Positions 7,628 through 16,444 of a DNA stretch of 17,450 nucleotides are shown in pieces; position 1 is the first letter of the stretch, and every line of letters begins with the position of its first letter. A model generated the notes under the pieces. The model saw nothing but the letters and a program-made list of their open reading frames with translations, made no database searches and was not told the origin of the DNA. This DNA comes from Spirochaetales bacterium (GTDB taxonomy: Bacteria; Spirochaetota; Spirochaetia; UBA9216), in assembly GCA_031273605.1 (NCBI GenBank), contig JAISRN010000200.1, positions 1-17,450 of the forward strand. Reading direction: 5' to 3'. A program made the position numbers and the translations under genes.

Positions 7628-8767
7628 ATGATCATACTGCCCGAGGAGCGGGGGCTCCTCTATCACCGGGATGAATACAAAAAGCTGCTCATGCCCGGAA
7701 AGCACCTTATTCCGCCTTTTCATTACGTGGAACGGTACCGGATCGACACGGCCTTCATCCCCCAAAAGGGGCTTCTTGAAATTCTCCTAGAGCGGGACGA
7801 GCGGCTTGCGGAGGAACTTGAGATTGTTGAGCCGCCGGATAACCATATCGTCCTGGTTTTTGAAAACGGAAAACTGACGATGGTGCATTTTCCCGGCAAG
7901 GTTGACGGGCGGATGAATGCCGCTCCGGGGGGCAGGGTCTGTTACTGGAGGGGCCCCCAAAAACGGAGCTTTACCCTGGTCAACCTTGACGATACCCAAG
8001 GGGCCGCACAGTTTGACCGGGCCATTCTTCTGCACCCCCTCCTTTCTTCCTGCCAGCTTGTTCAGCAGTACACAGTGGAAGCCTGGGAAAAGGGCCTCTT
8101 GTTTATCGACAATGTGTTCAGCCGGGTTCTGGAAAACGGGACCTATTTTTTCTGGAAGGGCCCCCGCCCGGTGGAGGTGAAAAAAGCGGACCTCCGTCAG
8201 CAGCAGATGGAAATTTCGGGCCAGGAAATTATGACCCGGGACAAGGTTCCCCTGCGGCTTAACTTTTTCTGCTGGTACCGGATCGCCGATATTATGAAGG
8301 CGGTTCTGGAAATAAAGGATTTTGCCGCCCAATTTTACGTGGCCCTCCAGGTCGCCCTTAGGGAGTATATCGGGACCCTCGGCTTTGACGAGGTGATGGA
8401 AAAAAAGGAGAGCATTGGCGCCGCCGTGGCGGAACTGGCTAAAAAGGACGCTGGCGAATTCGGCCTGACCCTGGGGAAGGCCGGAATCAAGGACATCGTC
8501 CTCCCCGGGGAGATCCGGAGTATTATGAACCAGGTGCTCATCGCGGAAAAAAAGGCCCAGGCAAACATCATCATGCGCCGGGAAGAAACTGCCTCCACCC
8601 GGAGCCTTCTTAACACGGCAAAACTTATGGAAGAAAACGGAATGCTCGCCCATCTCAAAGAAATGGAATACATTGAGCGGATTGCGGAGAAGATCAATCA
8701 GATTACCCTGTCGGGAAACGGGGGGGTCATCGAGGAGTTTCGCCGGCTTTTTCTGCCTGCCAAGTAA
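7628..8767 (+). CDS. SPFH/Band-7 (stomatin/prohibitin/flotillin/HflKC) domain protein with an unrecognised ~190-aa N-terminal domain. No N-terminal TM anchor is visible.
   Basis: C-terminal half reads as an SPFH domain (..EIMTRDKVPLRLNFFCWYRIADIMKAV..FYVALQVALREYIGTLGFDEVMEKKESIGAAVAELAKK..GIKDIVLPGEIRSIMNQVLIAEKKAQANIIMRREE..). GGGGG sits 7 nt upstream of the ATG. The overlapping minus ORF 7787..8917 is treated as antisense artefact. Confidence 0.8.
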   Translation: MIILPEERGLLYHRDEYKKLLMPGKHLIPPFHYVERYRIDTAFIPQKGLLEILLERDERLAEELEIVEPPDNHIVLVFENGKLTMVHFPGKVDGRMNAAPGGRVCYWRGPQKRSFTLVNLDDTQGAAQFDRAILLHPLLSSCQLVQQYTVEAWEKGLLFIDNVFSRVLENGTYFFWKGPRPVEVKKADLRQQQMEISGQEIMTRDKVPLRLNFFCWYRIADIMKAVLEIKDFAAQFYVALQVALREYIGTLGFDEVMEKKESIGAAVAELAKKDAGEFGLTLGKAGIKDIVLPGEIRSIMNQVLIAEKKAQANIIMRREETASTRSLLNTAKLMEENGMLAHLKEMEYIERIAEKINQITLSGNGGVIEEFRRLFLPAK

Positions 8768-8804
8768 ACCGGAGAATACCCTCAGGGCCGATTCACGGGA
8801 TATT

Positions 8805-8843
8805 TGAGGCAGTTCCAAAATCTGACATTTTGGAACTGCCTCA
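8805..8843 (+). terminator. 17-bp perfect hairpin (5-nt loop) 38 nt after the SPFH stop. It is a probable terminator and copy A of a palindromic repeat element.
   Basis: tgaggcagttccaaaat-ctgac-attttggaactgcctca, followed by a partly T-rich stretch (atttaacttcccttttgtt). Confidence 0.5.
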
Positions 8844-8875
8844 TTTAACTTCCCTTTTGTTAACTCCTCTTTTGT

Positions 8876-8904
8876 TTGACAAACATCTCTTTGTTTGTTA
8901 CTAT
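8876..8904 (+). promoter_or_regulatory. Putative sigma70-like promoter of the SDR cassette
   Basis: TTGACA (8876-8881), 17-nt spacer, TACTAT (8899-8904), in an AT-rich stretch. GAGGAGGA sits 6 nt before the ATG at 8981. Confidence 0.4.
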
Positions 8905-8980
8905 TATATGTAATCATATATATAAAAAATTGTGTCCCAGGAGAAAAAAGCTCCTAGGATGATTAAACGAGGAGGATATC

Positions 8981-9745
8981 ATGAGTTTATTTGATTTGAA
9001 AGGTAAGGTAGCCCTGGTAACCGGCGCATCTTCGGGACTGGGCATTCAATTTGCCAAGGCCCTGGCAGGGCAGGGGGCTAACCTGGCCATCCTGGCCCGG
9101 CGGCAGGAAAAACTGGAGGAAGTCCAAAAAACCATCGAGGCCCTGGGGGTGAAGTGTTTTGCCATTAAATGCGATGTGCTCAAAAACGATGAGATCAAAG
9201 CCGCGGTGGCCAAAATTAAGGACCACTACGGGCGGATTGATATTTTGATCAACAATGCCGGCACCGCCCGGTCCAACCCCGCGGAATCCCAATCCGATGA
9301 CGATTGGAACGCGGTGATCAACACCAACCTAAACAGCGTGTACTTTATGGCCCGGGAAGTGGGCAAGGTTATGATTGAACAGAAGTACGGCAAGATCATC
9401 AACCTGGGTTCTATTCACTCGAGCGTGGCTATGGCCGTCAGTCCCTTAAACGCGTATTGCACATCCAAGGGCGGCGTGCTGATGCTTACCAAGGCCCTGG
9501 CCAACGAATGGGCCAAGTACAACATCACCGTAAACGCCATCGGCCCGGCTTACTTTCCTTCCGAAATGACCGACGCCGTTTTGAGCGATCCGAATTTCCT
9601 TACCGTGGTTAAAACCTACTGCCCCATGGGCCGCCCCGGCAAACCGGGTGAACTGGACGGGGCCATTATTTATTTTGCCTCCGATGCTTCCAGCTACACC
9701 ACCGGCCAACTGCTTTCGATTGACGGCGGCTGGACGGCCATCTAG
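8981..9745 (+). CDS. Short-chain dehydrogenase/reductase (SDR) family oxidoreductase (gluconate 5-dehydrogenase / KduD / FabG-like)
   Basis: TGASSGLG cofactor motif, NNAG, catalytic Y..K (YCTSK), PG motif. 254 aa. Confidence 0.9.
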   Translation: MSLFDLKGKVALVTGASSGLGIQFAKALAGQGANLAILARRQEKLEEVQKTIEALGVKCFAIKCDVLKNDEIKAAVAKIKDHYGRIDILINNAGTARSNPAESQSDDDWNAVINTNLNSVYFMAREVGKVMIEQKYGKIINLGSIHSSVAMAVSPLNAYCTSKGGVLMLTKALANEWAKYNITVNAIGPAYFPSEMTDAVLSDPNFLTVVKTYCPMGRPGKPGELDGAIIYFASDASSYTTGQLLSIDGGWTAI

Positions 9746-9831
9746 CCGGCTTAAACCTGGCCTTAAGTTTTGGGGTTCCGGTCAACCGGATCGGGACCCC
9801 CGTTTAAATAGCCTAAACTTGACCCATAAAA

Positions 9832-9870
9832 AAGGGACTTCCCACGGAAGTCCTTTCTCCATTTTTTCTT
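9832..9870 (+). terminator. Rho-independent terminator of the SDR gene
   Basis: aagggacttcc-cac-ggaagtccttt (11-bp stem with one G:U) followed by ctccattttttctt. Confidence 0.7.
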
Positions 9871-9926
9871 CCTTTATTTCCAATTTTCAATGGTTATATT
9901 TTCTATCCTGTTAAAATATAGACGCT

Positions 9927-9962
9927 GTTCAAAATGGCAGATTTTGGAACTGCCTTTAACCT
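9927..9962 (+). repeat. Copy B (degenerate) of the palindromic repeat element seen at 8805-8843
   Basis: gttcaaaatggcagattttggaactgcctttaacc versus gttccaaaatctgacattttggaactgcctcatttaac. The 15-nt core attttggaactgcct is identical. Confidence 0.5.
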
Positions 9963-9969
9963 GTGGTCA

Positions 9970-9993
9970 TTCAAAGGCGGTGTTCAAAGGCGG
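9970..9993 (+). repeat. Tandem direct repeat TTCAAAGGCGG x2 (a third related copy TTCAAAATGGCAG lies at 9928-9940)
   Basis: cattcaaaggcggtgttcaaaggcgggtgg. Confidence 0.5.
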
Positions 9994-10002
9994 GTGGTTG
10001 AT

Positions 10003-11679
10003 TTAGGGGCTTTTTGTTTCAGGGGAACACAGCCGCCGGGCCAGTTGGAGGGAGGCCTTGAGGTCCGGCAGAATGTAATCGGCCTCTATCAAAAGGTCCA
10101 GATCGAGAATTTTGTCCTTGATGGAATGGCTGGCCCCGGAAAGAATTATCCTAACCTGTTTCTTTTCCAATTCCCGAATCAATTCTCCCAGGCGGTTTAA
10201 GCCCGTGGCGTCCATGATGGGAACGTGCTCCAGGCACAGAATCACCACCCGGTGATGGGTTAGAAGGTGTTTTTCAATGTTGAGGAATTCCGCCACCGAG
10301 CCAAAAAACAGGGGCCCTTCCACCTGAAAGATCAGGACATTCCTGGGTATGGCCCCTCCTTCCGGGGACAAGAGCATATCCTCCCCTTCTTTGTCGGCAA
10401 TGAGGGGGGTGAGGGAAACCGAATCCGCCATGCGCTTCATAAAAACCAAGAGGGAAAGGACAAAGCCGCTGAGAATCGCCACCGTCAGGTCTTCCAGGAT
10501 GGTCAGAAAAAAAGTAATCAAAAGAACCAGAACTTCGTATTTATTAACTTTAAATTGACGCCGGAAGGTTTTAAAATCGCTCATGTTCCAGCAAACCACC
10601 AGGAGGATTCCCGATAGGGCGGGGATGGGAACGAGTTTAACCAGGGGCATGGCCGCCAGGAAGATCACCAGGAGGGTTAAGCCGTGGATGATCCCCGCCA
10701 GGGGGGTCCGCCCTCCGGCGTTGACGTTGGTGGCGGTCCGGGCAATGGCGCCGGTGGCGGGGATGCCCCCAAAAAGGGGAGAGACCATATTGGCCAGCCC
10801 CTGGGCCAGAAGTTCGGCGTTGGGCCGGTGCCGGCTGCCAATCATGCCGTCCGCCACCATGGCCGACAACAGGGACTCCAGAGCCCCCAACAGGGCAATG
10901 GAAACCGCCGGGCGGAAAAGTTGGCGGATCATTCCGGGGTCCAGGGCGGGAAAGGCGGGGGCCGGGAAGCCCTGGGCCAGGCTGCCAAACCGGCTGCCGA
11001 TGGTTTCCACCGGCAGGTTAAAAAGAGAAACCGCCAGGGTTGAGACGATCAGGGCCGCCAGGGGGCCGGGGATCAAGGTTTTGGAGCGCTGAATGAAAAC
11101 CACAATGACGATGGACAGGGTTCCCAGGGCAAGGGCCCAGGGATTAAGGGTGTCTAGGTGGGAAAAGTAAACCCCCCATTTGCCCAGGAAATCCCCCGGT
11201 ACGGATTCAATGGTCAAGCCCAAAAAATCCTGCACCTGGGTTGAAAAAATGATCACCGCGATTCCCGTGGTAAACCCCACAATCATGGTTCTGGGCACAT
11301 ACTTTAGCAGGGCGCCCATGCGGAGCAGCCCCAGCAAAACCAGGATGATCCCCGCCATAAAAGTGGCCGCCGCCAGGCCGGCGTAGCCAAAGGTGTGAAG
11401 GGTGGAAGCCACCAGCACCACAAAGGCGCCGGTGGGTCCGCCAATCTGCACCCGGCTGCCCCCAAAGGCGGAAATAATAAATCCGGTGATAATGGCGGTG
11501 ATGATCCCCTTTTCCGGCGAAACCCCCGAGGCAATGGCAAAGGCAATCGCCAGGGGCAGGGCTAAAACCCCCACAACCACCCCGGCGCTTAGTTCTTTAA
11601 GGAGCTGCCGCCGGGGAATCCCCTCCTTGAGCAGGGTGAATAATTCGGGTACAAGTTCGCCTGGGTTAAGGGATTTCAT
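10003..11679 (-). CDS. SulP family inorganic anion transporter (sulfate permease / bicarbonate transporter type) with C-terminal STAS domain
   Basis: 558 aa. N-terminal SulP signature region (..LSAGVVVGVLALPLAIAFAIASGVSPEKGIITAIITGFIISAFGGSRVQIGGPTGAFVV..). Many TM helices. A C-terminal soluble domain consistent with STAS. ATG at 11679 overlaps the upstream gene's stop (ATGA). Confidence 0.9.
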   Translation of the reverse strand: MKSLNPGELVPELFTLLKEGIPRRQLLKELSAGVVVGVLALPLAIAFAIASGVSPEKGIITAIITGFIISAFGGSRVQIGGPTGAFVVLVASTLHTFGYAGLAAATFMAGIILVLLGLLRMGALLKYVPRTMIVGFTTGIAVIIFSTQVQDFLGLTIESVPGDFLGKWGVYFSHLDTLNPWALALGTLSIVIVVFIQRSKTLIPGPLAALIVSTLAVSLFNLPVETIGSRFGSLAQGFPAPAFPALDPGMIRQLFRPAVSIALLGALESLLSAMVADGMIGSRHRPNAELLAQGLANMVSPLFGGIPATGAIARTATNVNAGGRTPLAGIIHGLTLLVIFLAAMPLVKLVPIPALSGILLVVCWNMSDFKTFRRQFKVNKYEVLVLLITFFLTILEDLTVAILSGFVLSLLVFMKRMADSVSLTPLIADKEGEDMLLSPEGGAIPRNVLIFQVEGPLFFGSVAEFLNIEKHLLTHHRVVILCLEHVPIMDATGLNRLGELIRELEKKQVRIILSGASHSIKDKILDLDLLIEADYILPDLKASLQLARRLCSPETKSP

Positions 11680-12491
11680 TTTTTCGAGGCTTTTGGGGGC
11701 CTGACATAGATAAACCAGTAAAGGGCCCCCACAAAAAAAGCTCCCCCCACAATATTGCCACCGGTGGCAATGATAATATTTTTTATCCCGTTTATCCAGT
11801 TTAAAGCCGGATAGCCCTGGGGATTAAGCAGCAGGGCGGCGGGAATGAAATACATATTGGCAATGCCGTGCTCAAAACCCATGGCCACAAAAGCGGTTAC
11901 CGGAAAGATCATCCCCAGGATCTTCCCCGCTGCATCTCCCGAGGCCATAGCCATAAGGACTCCCAGGCAGACCAGCCAGTTAGCCCCGATTCCCCGGATA
12001 AAGATTGTCCAGCCCGGCAGGGCGCATTTTGCCGCGGCAATCTCCAGGGCGGCTTCGGCAAAGATGCCCCGGACCAGCCCTGTTCCCAGAACTATAAAAA
12101 CCGCCATAAAAAGGGCGCCGGCAAAGTTCCCCGTCCAGACCAGGAGCCAATTTTTAACCATGGCGGCAGGGCGGACTTTTTTTTCTAGTACCGCCGCGGA
12201 AAGCAGGCAGTTGCCGGTAAAGAGTTCCGCCCCGGGGATGACCACCAGGATAAGCCCCAGGGAAAAAACCAAACCCTGGATGATTTTTTTTAAGCCCAGC
12301 CAGGGAACCTCACCGGCGGCGGCAAGGGTGGAAAAATGGGCCGCCAGGCCAATGTAGACTCCCGCCAGAATCGCCAAAAGAAACTCCCGGCCCGCCGGCC
12401 GGGCGGCTTTTTTTATTCCCATTTCGACCATATTAAAGGCAATTTGGGAAGAATCGGAAAAGACAGCCATTACCAATATAGTATAAAGCAA
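11676..12491 (-). CDS. Formate/nitrite transporter (FNT) family channel (FocA/NirC/HSC-like)
   Basis: FNT hallmark motifs ELFTGNCL and GFEHGIANM. Six TM helices. The listed start at 12491 is a TTG; an in-frame ATG at 12470 is an alternative start. The stop overlaps the SulP start. Confidence 0.85.
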   Translation of the reverse strand: MLYTILVMAVFSDSSQIAFNMVEMGIKKAARPAGREFLLAILAGVYIGLAAHFSTLAAAGEVPWLGLKKIIQGLVFSLGLILVVIPGAELFTGNCLLSAAVLEKKVRPAAMVKNWLLVWTGNFAGALFMAVFIVLGTGLVRGIFAEAALEIAAAKCALPGWTIFIRGIGANWLVCLGVLMAMASGDAAGKILGMIFPVTAFVAMGFEHGIANMYFIPAALLLNPQGYPALNWINGIKNIIIATGGNIVGGAFFVGALYWFIYVRPPKASKK

Positions 12492-12674
12492 GGAGAATTA
12501 AAAAGCAAGGGGTCAGGGGGAATCAATTTTTCCCTTAACGATGCGGATTCCCTTGCTCGTTCCCATCCACACCGCCCCGGCCTTAAGCATTTCGTCGCAG
12601 ATCCGCCGTCGTTGATTCCCGTGGAAGCCTTAACCCGGACCCCTTCCCCTAGGGCCTGCTTCATTTACCCCTCC

Positions 12675-13430
12675 TTAATCCATATAATAGCCGCCATTAA
12701 TGTTGACATTTTCACCATTGATAAAGCCCGCCTCGGGGGAGGCCAGGAACATCATCAGGTGGGACATATCCTCTACCGTTCCTAAGCGCCGGACGGGTAT
12801 CTTTTCCGCGGCGTCTTTTTTTCGCCCTTCGTCCCAGTAGGCCATGAGTTTAGTCATAACGGCGTGGGGGGCTATGCAGTTGCAGGTAACGCCGAAGGGC
12901 CCCAACTGGTAGGCCACGGAACGGGTAACGCTTAAGAGCGCCCCCTTGCTGGCGCCGTATGCGTAGGTGGTGGAGTGATCCCCCATTTTGCCGCAGATTG
13001 ATGATACATTAATAATCCGCCCGTAATGCCGGCGCTTCATAGCCGGAGTTACCGCCCGAATGGCGTAAAGGGCCCCCATAACATTAATGCCGATGGTTTG
13101 GCGGAGAAGCTCGTCGGTGGTTTCTTCAATGGGAAAATTTTTTAATATTCCCGCATTATTTATTAAAATGTCCAGCCTGTCGAAGGTTTCCAGGGTTTTG
13201 CCGACCGCCGCCTCAACCTCCCTGGGATCAGAAACATCGCACTTGAGGGCCAGAAAAGCGGCCCCCTGGCGGGACAAAATTTCAGCGCCCTGCCCCAGGG
13301 CCTCCTCATCCACATCGGAAATAACCACCGAGGCCCCCTCCTTGGCCATATCCAGGGCTGTCTGAAAACCCATGCCCTGGGCGGAGCCGGTAATAAAGGC
13401 CGTCTGTCCGGTAAATCTGTCTGCACGCAT
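12675..13430 (-). CDS. SDR family oxidoreductase (3-oxoacyl-ACP reductase-like)
   Basis: TGSAQGMG, NNAG, Y..K (YGASK). 251 aa. AGGAGG sits 5 nt upstream of the ATG. Confidence 0.9.
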   Translation of the reverse strand: MRADRFTGQTAFITGSAQGMGFQTALDMAKEGASVVISDVDEEALGQGAEILSRQGAAFLALKCDVSDPREVEAAVGKTLETFDRLDILINNAGILKNFPIEETTDELLRQTIGINVMGALYAIRAVTPAMKRRHYGRIINVSSICGKMGDHSTTYAYGASKGALLSVTRSVAYQLGPFGVTCNCIAPHAVMTKLMAYWDEGRKKDAAEKIPVRRLGTVEDMSHLMMFLASPEAGFINGENVNINGGYYMD

Positions 13431-13468
13431 AGCAACCTCCTGAAAATAAAAAAGCCCTGATTAGTTGT

Positions 13469-14245
13469 TTACCGGGACATCATCCCGCCGGAAATATCAA
13501 AAACGGCGCCGGTGGAATAGGAAGCCTTGTCTCCCGCCAGGAAGGCGACCATTTCCCCCACTTCGGAAACCTCTTCCAGCCGGCCCAGGGGAAGGCTTTG
13601 GTTGTACTTTTCAATGGCCTCTCCGTTTTTAAGGGTTCCGGCGGTTAATTCCGTAAGAACCATCCCCGGACAAACGGTGTTGACCAGAATCCCGTACCGG
13701 GCGGTTTCTTTGGCTAAGGAGATGCCGAAGGAAACCACCGCCCCCTTGGAGGCGGCGTAGTGGGTTTTTCCGTTCTTGGAGCCGTTAAAGGCGGCTTGGG
13801 AGGCAATGTTAATGATCCGCCCCGGAAGGCCCCGGGGAATGTTCCGCCGGAGAAATTCCCGGCAGGTAAGAAAAAGGCTGTCCACGTTGGCGGCCAGGCA
13901 GTCCTTCCATGATTTAAAATCCGAATCCACGATATTAACCACCGGGCATATCCCGGCATTATTCACCAGGAGGGTAACCGGTCCGCCAAAGGCGTTTTCC
14001 GCCCGGTCAAAAAGACCGGGAATGGCCTCTTCCCTGGTAACATCGGCCTGAAAGGGAACCGACTGAACGCCATAATCCTTTACCAGGGCATCGGCAACCC
14101 TTTGGGCTTTTTCCTCACTGGCGGCGTGGGCATAATTGATCAGTACGTCCGCCCCTTCCCTGGCCAGTATCCTGGCAATGCCAGCCCCCAAACCCCGGGC
14201 GCTTCCCGTTACGATGGCTTTCTTTCCGCTTAAGCTCTGTCCCAT
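13469..14245 (-). CDS. SDR family oxidoreductase
   Basis: TGSARGLG, NNAG, Y..K (YAASK), PG. 258 aa. Confidence 0.9.
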   Translation of the reverse strand: MGQSLSGKKAIVTGSARGLGAGIARILAREGADVLINYAHAASEEKAQRVADALVKDYGVQSVPFQADVTREEAIPGLFDRAENAFGGPVTLLVNNAGICPVVNIVDSDFKSWKDCLAANVDSLFLTCREFLRRNIPRGLPGRIINIASQAAFNGSKNGKTHYAASKGAVVSFGISLAKETARYGILVNTVCPGMVLTELTAGTLKNGEAIEKYNQSLPLGRLEEVSEVGEMVAFLAGDKASYSTGAVFDISGGMMSR

Positions 14246-14322
14246 GATGGAGAAGTGTAGCCTTTCTAAACGGCGGCTGTCAACGCGGCGGGCGCCGCAT
14301 TGGCCCGGGCTTTGGCCTTTTC

Positions 14323-16413
14323 CTATATGGCCTTCAGGGAATGAATATCCCTAACGATGGTTTCTCCCGATGATCGGAGGATTGCCGATTCATCCCTGAT
14401 TTTGATAATCAAATTGTTTATCTCGTTCAGGGAACGGACCACATGGCTTCCTCCGCTGCTCTGGGCGTCCATGGCGCCCTTTATGCTTGCCGCCTCGTCT
14501 TTGACCGCGGCTATGAGGGACACGATAGCTTCAAACTGCTCCCGGGCATTGGCCGAGGAATCCCGGGAGTTGTCGATCAGGGCCTTGATGTTCCCCAGGC
14601 TTGTGGAAATTTCCTTGGCCTGGCGGCCCGAATTTTCCGCCAGTTTCCGGATCTCCCCGGCAACCACCGCGAAGCCCTTCCCGATGGATTCCCCCGCGTG
14701 GGCCGCTTCAATGGCCGCGTTCATCCCTAAAATGCTGGTTTGATCCGCTATGTCGCCGATGACCTGGCAGGACTGGATGAGGGAATCCGCCTGGGAGGAG
14801 ACATCGCTGATCAGTTCCCCTATCTTGTCTATCCGCTTTTTGCCTTCCGCGGAGGATTCGTTGAGCTTAAAAACCGTGGCGGCGTTATGCTCCAGGGTGG
14901 TGTCTATGGAGTGGATATTTTTTACCATCTCCTCGATAGCGGAGGACGAAGAAAGCACGTGTTCCGCCGCGGCACTTATCCCCTTGGACAGGCTGCTTAT
15001 CCCTTTTGTGCTTTTGTCCATTTCTTCCAGAACGTGATTTAAAACGGAGTTTACCGTTTCCTTTAATTTTTGCTCGTTGATCAGGTTTTTCTCAAATTCC
15101 ACGTAGTACTGGCAGTTTTCCCGCTTGTTAAGCCCGTTGATGATGGCCACCGCCATCTGCTCGCAGCTCCGGTATCCGCAGGCCCCGCAGTTGAGAATGT
15201 CCCCCGGCTTGGTTTTATGCATTTGGACGAACATGGCGTCAATATCCGTCCGGGAAGGGGATATCACCCATTTCTTAAAAACCTCGGAGCGGCTAACGTA
15301 GGAACGGCCGTAAAGCCCCTCCTCCCAATGGGCGTCCAGGAACTTTTCGAGCTTGCTCTTGCGGAAAAGTTTTGAAAGTCCCCTGGGGCGGTACTTTTCC
15401 CGGACCTCCTGGGCCCGTTTTTCTACCAGGGATTCAATATCGTCCAGATGCTTGCCCCGGTTCCCCGTACCGGCGCCGCCGTTGCAGCCCATGTGACAGT
15501 TAAGGCAGTCGATAAGGGGATAAACCGGGGCGCTTCCCTTTTCGATGGATTTGGAAAGGTGGGCAAAATAGTGGTAGACCTCGGGGGAACCTTCGATTTT
15601 TCGGGTATGGGCGGTTACGTCAGGATCGTAGCGCCCCACGGTACGCATGAGCCCTCCGGGGCTGGAAAAGAGCACCGCCCGTTCCGCCGGGGGGTTGTCA
15701 TAATCCTTTTCAGGGTAGACGGAAATACTTTCTCCCCGGCCGTCCAGGTATCGCTGGATCGAATTGAAGGTAACGTTGTAGTCCCCCATGCCGCACGCGT
15801 CAAATTCCCGCCTTTTCGCGTAACAGGGGGAAATGGCCGCAATCCTATGGTTCCGGTATTCAGGGTAATACCGCTTAATCATCTTCATGGTATGCATCAT
15901 GGGGCTGTCCGCGGGGGCCAGATAGGGGATAAGCTCGGGGCGGTACATTTCGATAAAGGAAACGATGGCAGGGCAGGGCTGGGCTATGACGGTGCGGGGT
16001 TTCTTCTTTTTCATAAAATCCAGATAGGATTTGACGGTGAGCTCCGCCCCAAAACTAACGTCGAATATACCCTTAACCCCGAGGGACTTGAGGAGGCCGT
16101 TGATGTTGAGGTACTTCCCCTGAAAGCTGGCGGCTACCGCGGGGGCCACAATGGCGACGATGGGGGTTCCGTTTTTCAGATCCTTCATAAAACTGTCAAA
16201 ATCATCGAGGCCTATCCGGGCATGGTGGGTACAGGCGCTGATACATTCGCCGCATCCTATACAAAGATCGCTGTGGTGGTCCACGATGTTCCCGGCCCCG
16301 TTGTTGCACATTTTGGCGGGGCAAACCATGATGCAGCGATGACAGTTGACGCACTTATCCTCCAGCACATGAATAACCGGCCGTAAACCCTTCCCTTCCT
16401 TTTTACTTTCCAT
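14323..16413 (-). CDS. Soluble methyl-accepting chemotaxis protein with N-terminal 2x[4Fe-4S] ferredoxin motifs and an [FeFe]-hydrogenase-like (H-cluster) sensor domain (putative sensory hydrogenase, HydDB [FeFe] Group C2-like)
   Basis: [12 protein letters not shown] and [11 protein letters not shown] ferredoxin motifs. H-cluster-like motifs AQPCP (L1 variant), SPCYAK (L2), [15 protein letters not shown] (L3). C-terminal MCP signalling signature [38 protein letters not shown]. No TM helices. GGAAGGGG RBS upstream of the ATG at 16413. Confidence 0.9.
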   Translation of the reverse strand: MESKKEGKGLRPVIHVLEDKCVNCHRCIMVCPAKMCNNGAGNIVDHHSDLCIGCGECISACTHHARIGLDDFDSFMKDLKNGTPIVAIVAPAVAASFQGKYLNINGLLKSLGVKGIFDVSFGAELTVKSYLDFMKKKKPRTVIAQPCPAIVSFIEMYRPELIPYLAPADSPMMHTMKMIKRYYPEYRNHRIAAISPCYAKRREFDACGMGDYNVTFNSIQRYLDGRGESISVYPEKDYDNPPAERAVLFSSPGGLMRTVGRYDPDVTAHTRKIEGSPEVYHYFAHLSKSIEKGSAPVYPLIDCLNCHMGCNGGAGTGNRGKHLDDIESLVEKRAQEVREKYRPRGLSKLFRKSKLEKFLDAHWEEGLYGRSYVSRSEVFKKWVISPSRTDIDAMFVQMHKTKPGDILNCGACGYRSCEQMAVAIINGLNKRENCQYYVEFEKNLINEQKLKETVNSVLNHVLEEMDKSTKGISSLSKGISAAAEHVLSSSSAIEEMVKNIHSIDTTLEHNAATVFKLNESSAEGKKRIDKIGELISDVSSQADSLIQSCQVIGDIADQTSILGMNAAIEAAHAGESIGKGFAVVAGEIRKLAENSGRQAKEISTSLGNIKALIDNSRDSSANAREQFEAIVSLIAAVKDEAASIKGAMDAQSSGGSHVVRSLNEINNLIIKIRDESAILRSSGETIVRDIHSLKAI

Positions 16414-16444
16414 TTGTGTTCCCCTTCCTTTTGACGAGTATGGA

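Noticed and set aside
7004-7765. Minus ORF 7004..7765 (253 aa) spanning the AT-rich/GC-rich junction
   Set aside because: Antisense to the methyltransferase 3' end and the SPFH 5' end. The translation has no motifs and its composition simply mirrors the local GC shift.
7787-8917. Minus ORF 7787..8917 (376 aa) and 8335..8697
   Set aside because: Completely antisense to the SPFH gene, which has clear domain similarity and a strong RBS. The translation is low-complexity.
9934-10200. Plus ORF 9934..10200 and plus ORFs 10267..11092, 11180..11704 within the SulP locus
   Set aside because: Antisense to the SulP gene. Ala/Gly/Arg/Pro-rich artefacts.
11845-12357. Plus ORFs 11845..12357 and 11868..12188
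   Set aside because: Antisense to the FNT gene (hallmark LFTGN / GFEHGIANM motifs are on the minus strand).
13087-14354. Plus ORFs overlapping the two tandem SDR genes and minus ORF 13163..13435, 13714..13959
   Set aside because: Off-frame or antisense to SDR genes with canonical TGxxxGxG/NNAG/YxxxK motifs.
14357-16386. Plus ORFs 14357..14743, 14443..14730, 14740..15042, 15070..15375, 15448..16386
   Set aside because: Antisense to the hydrogenase-like MCP gene. No motifs.
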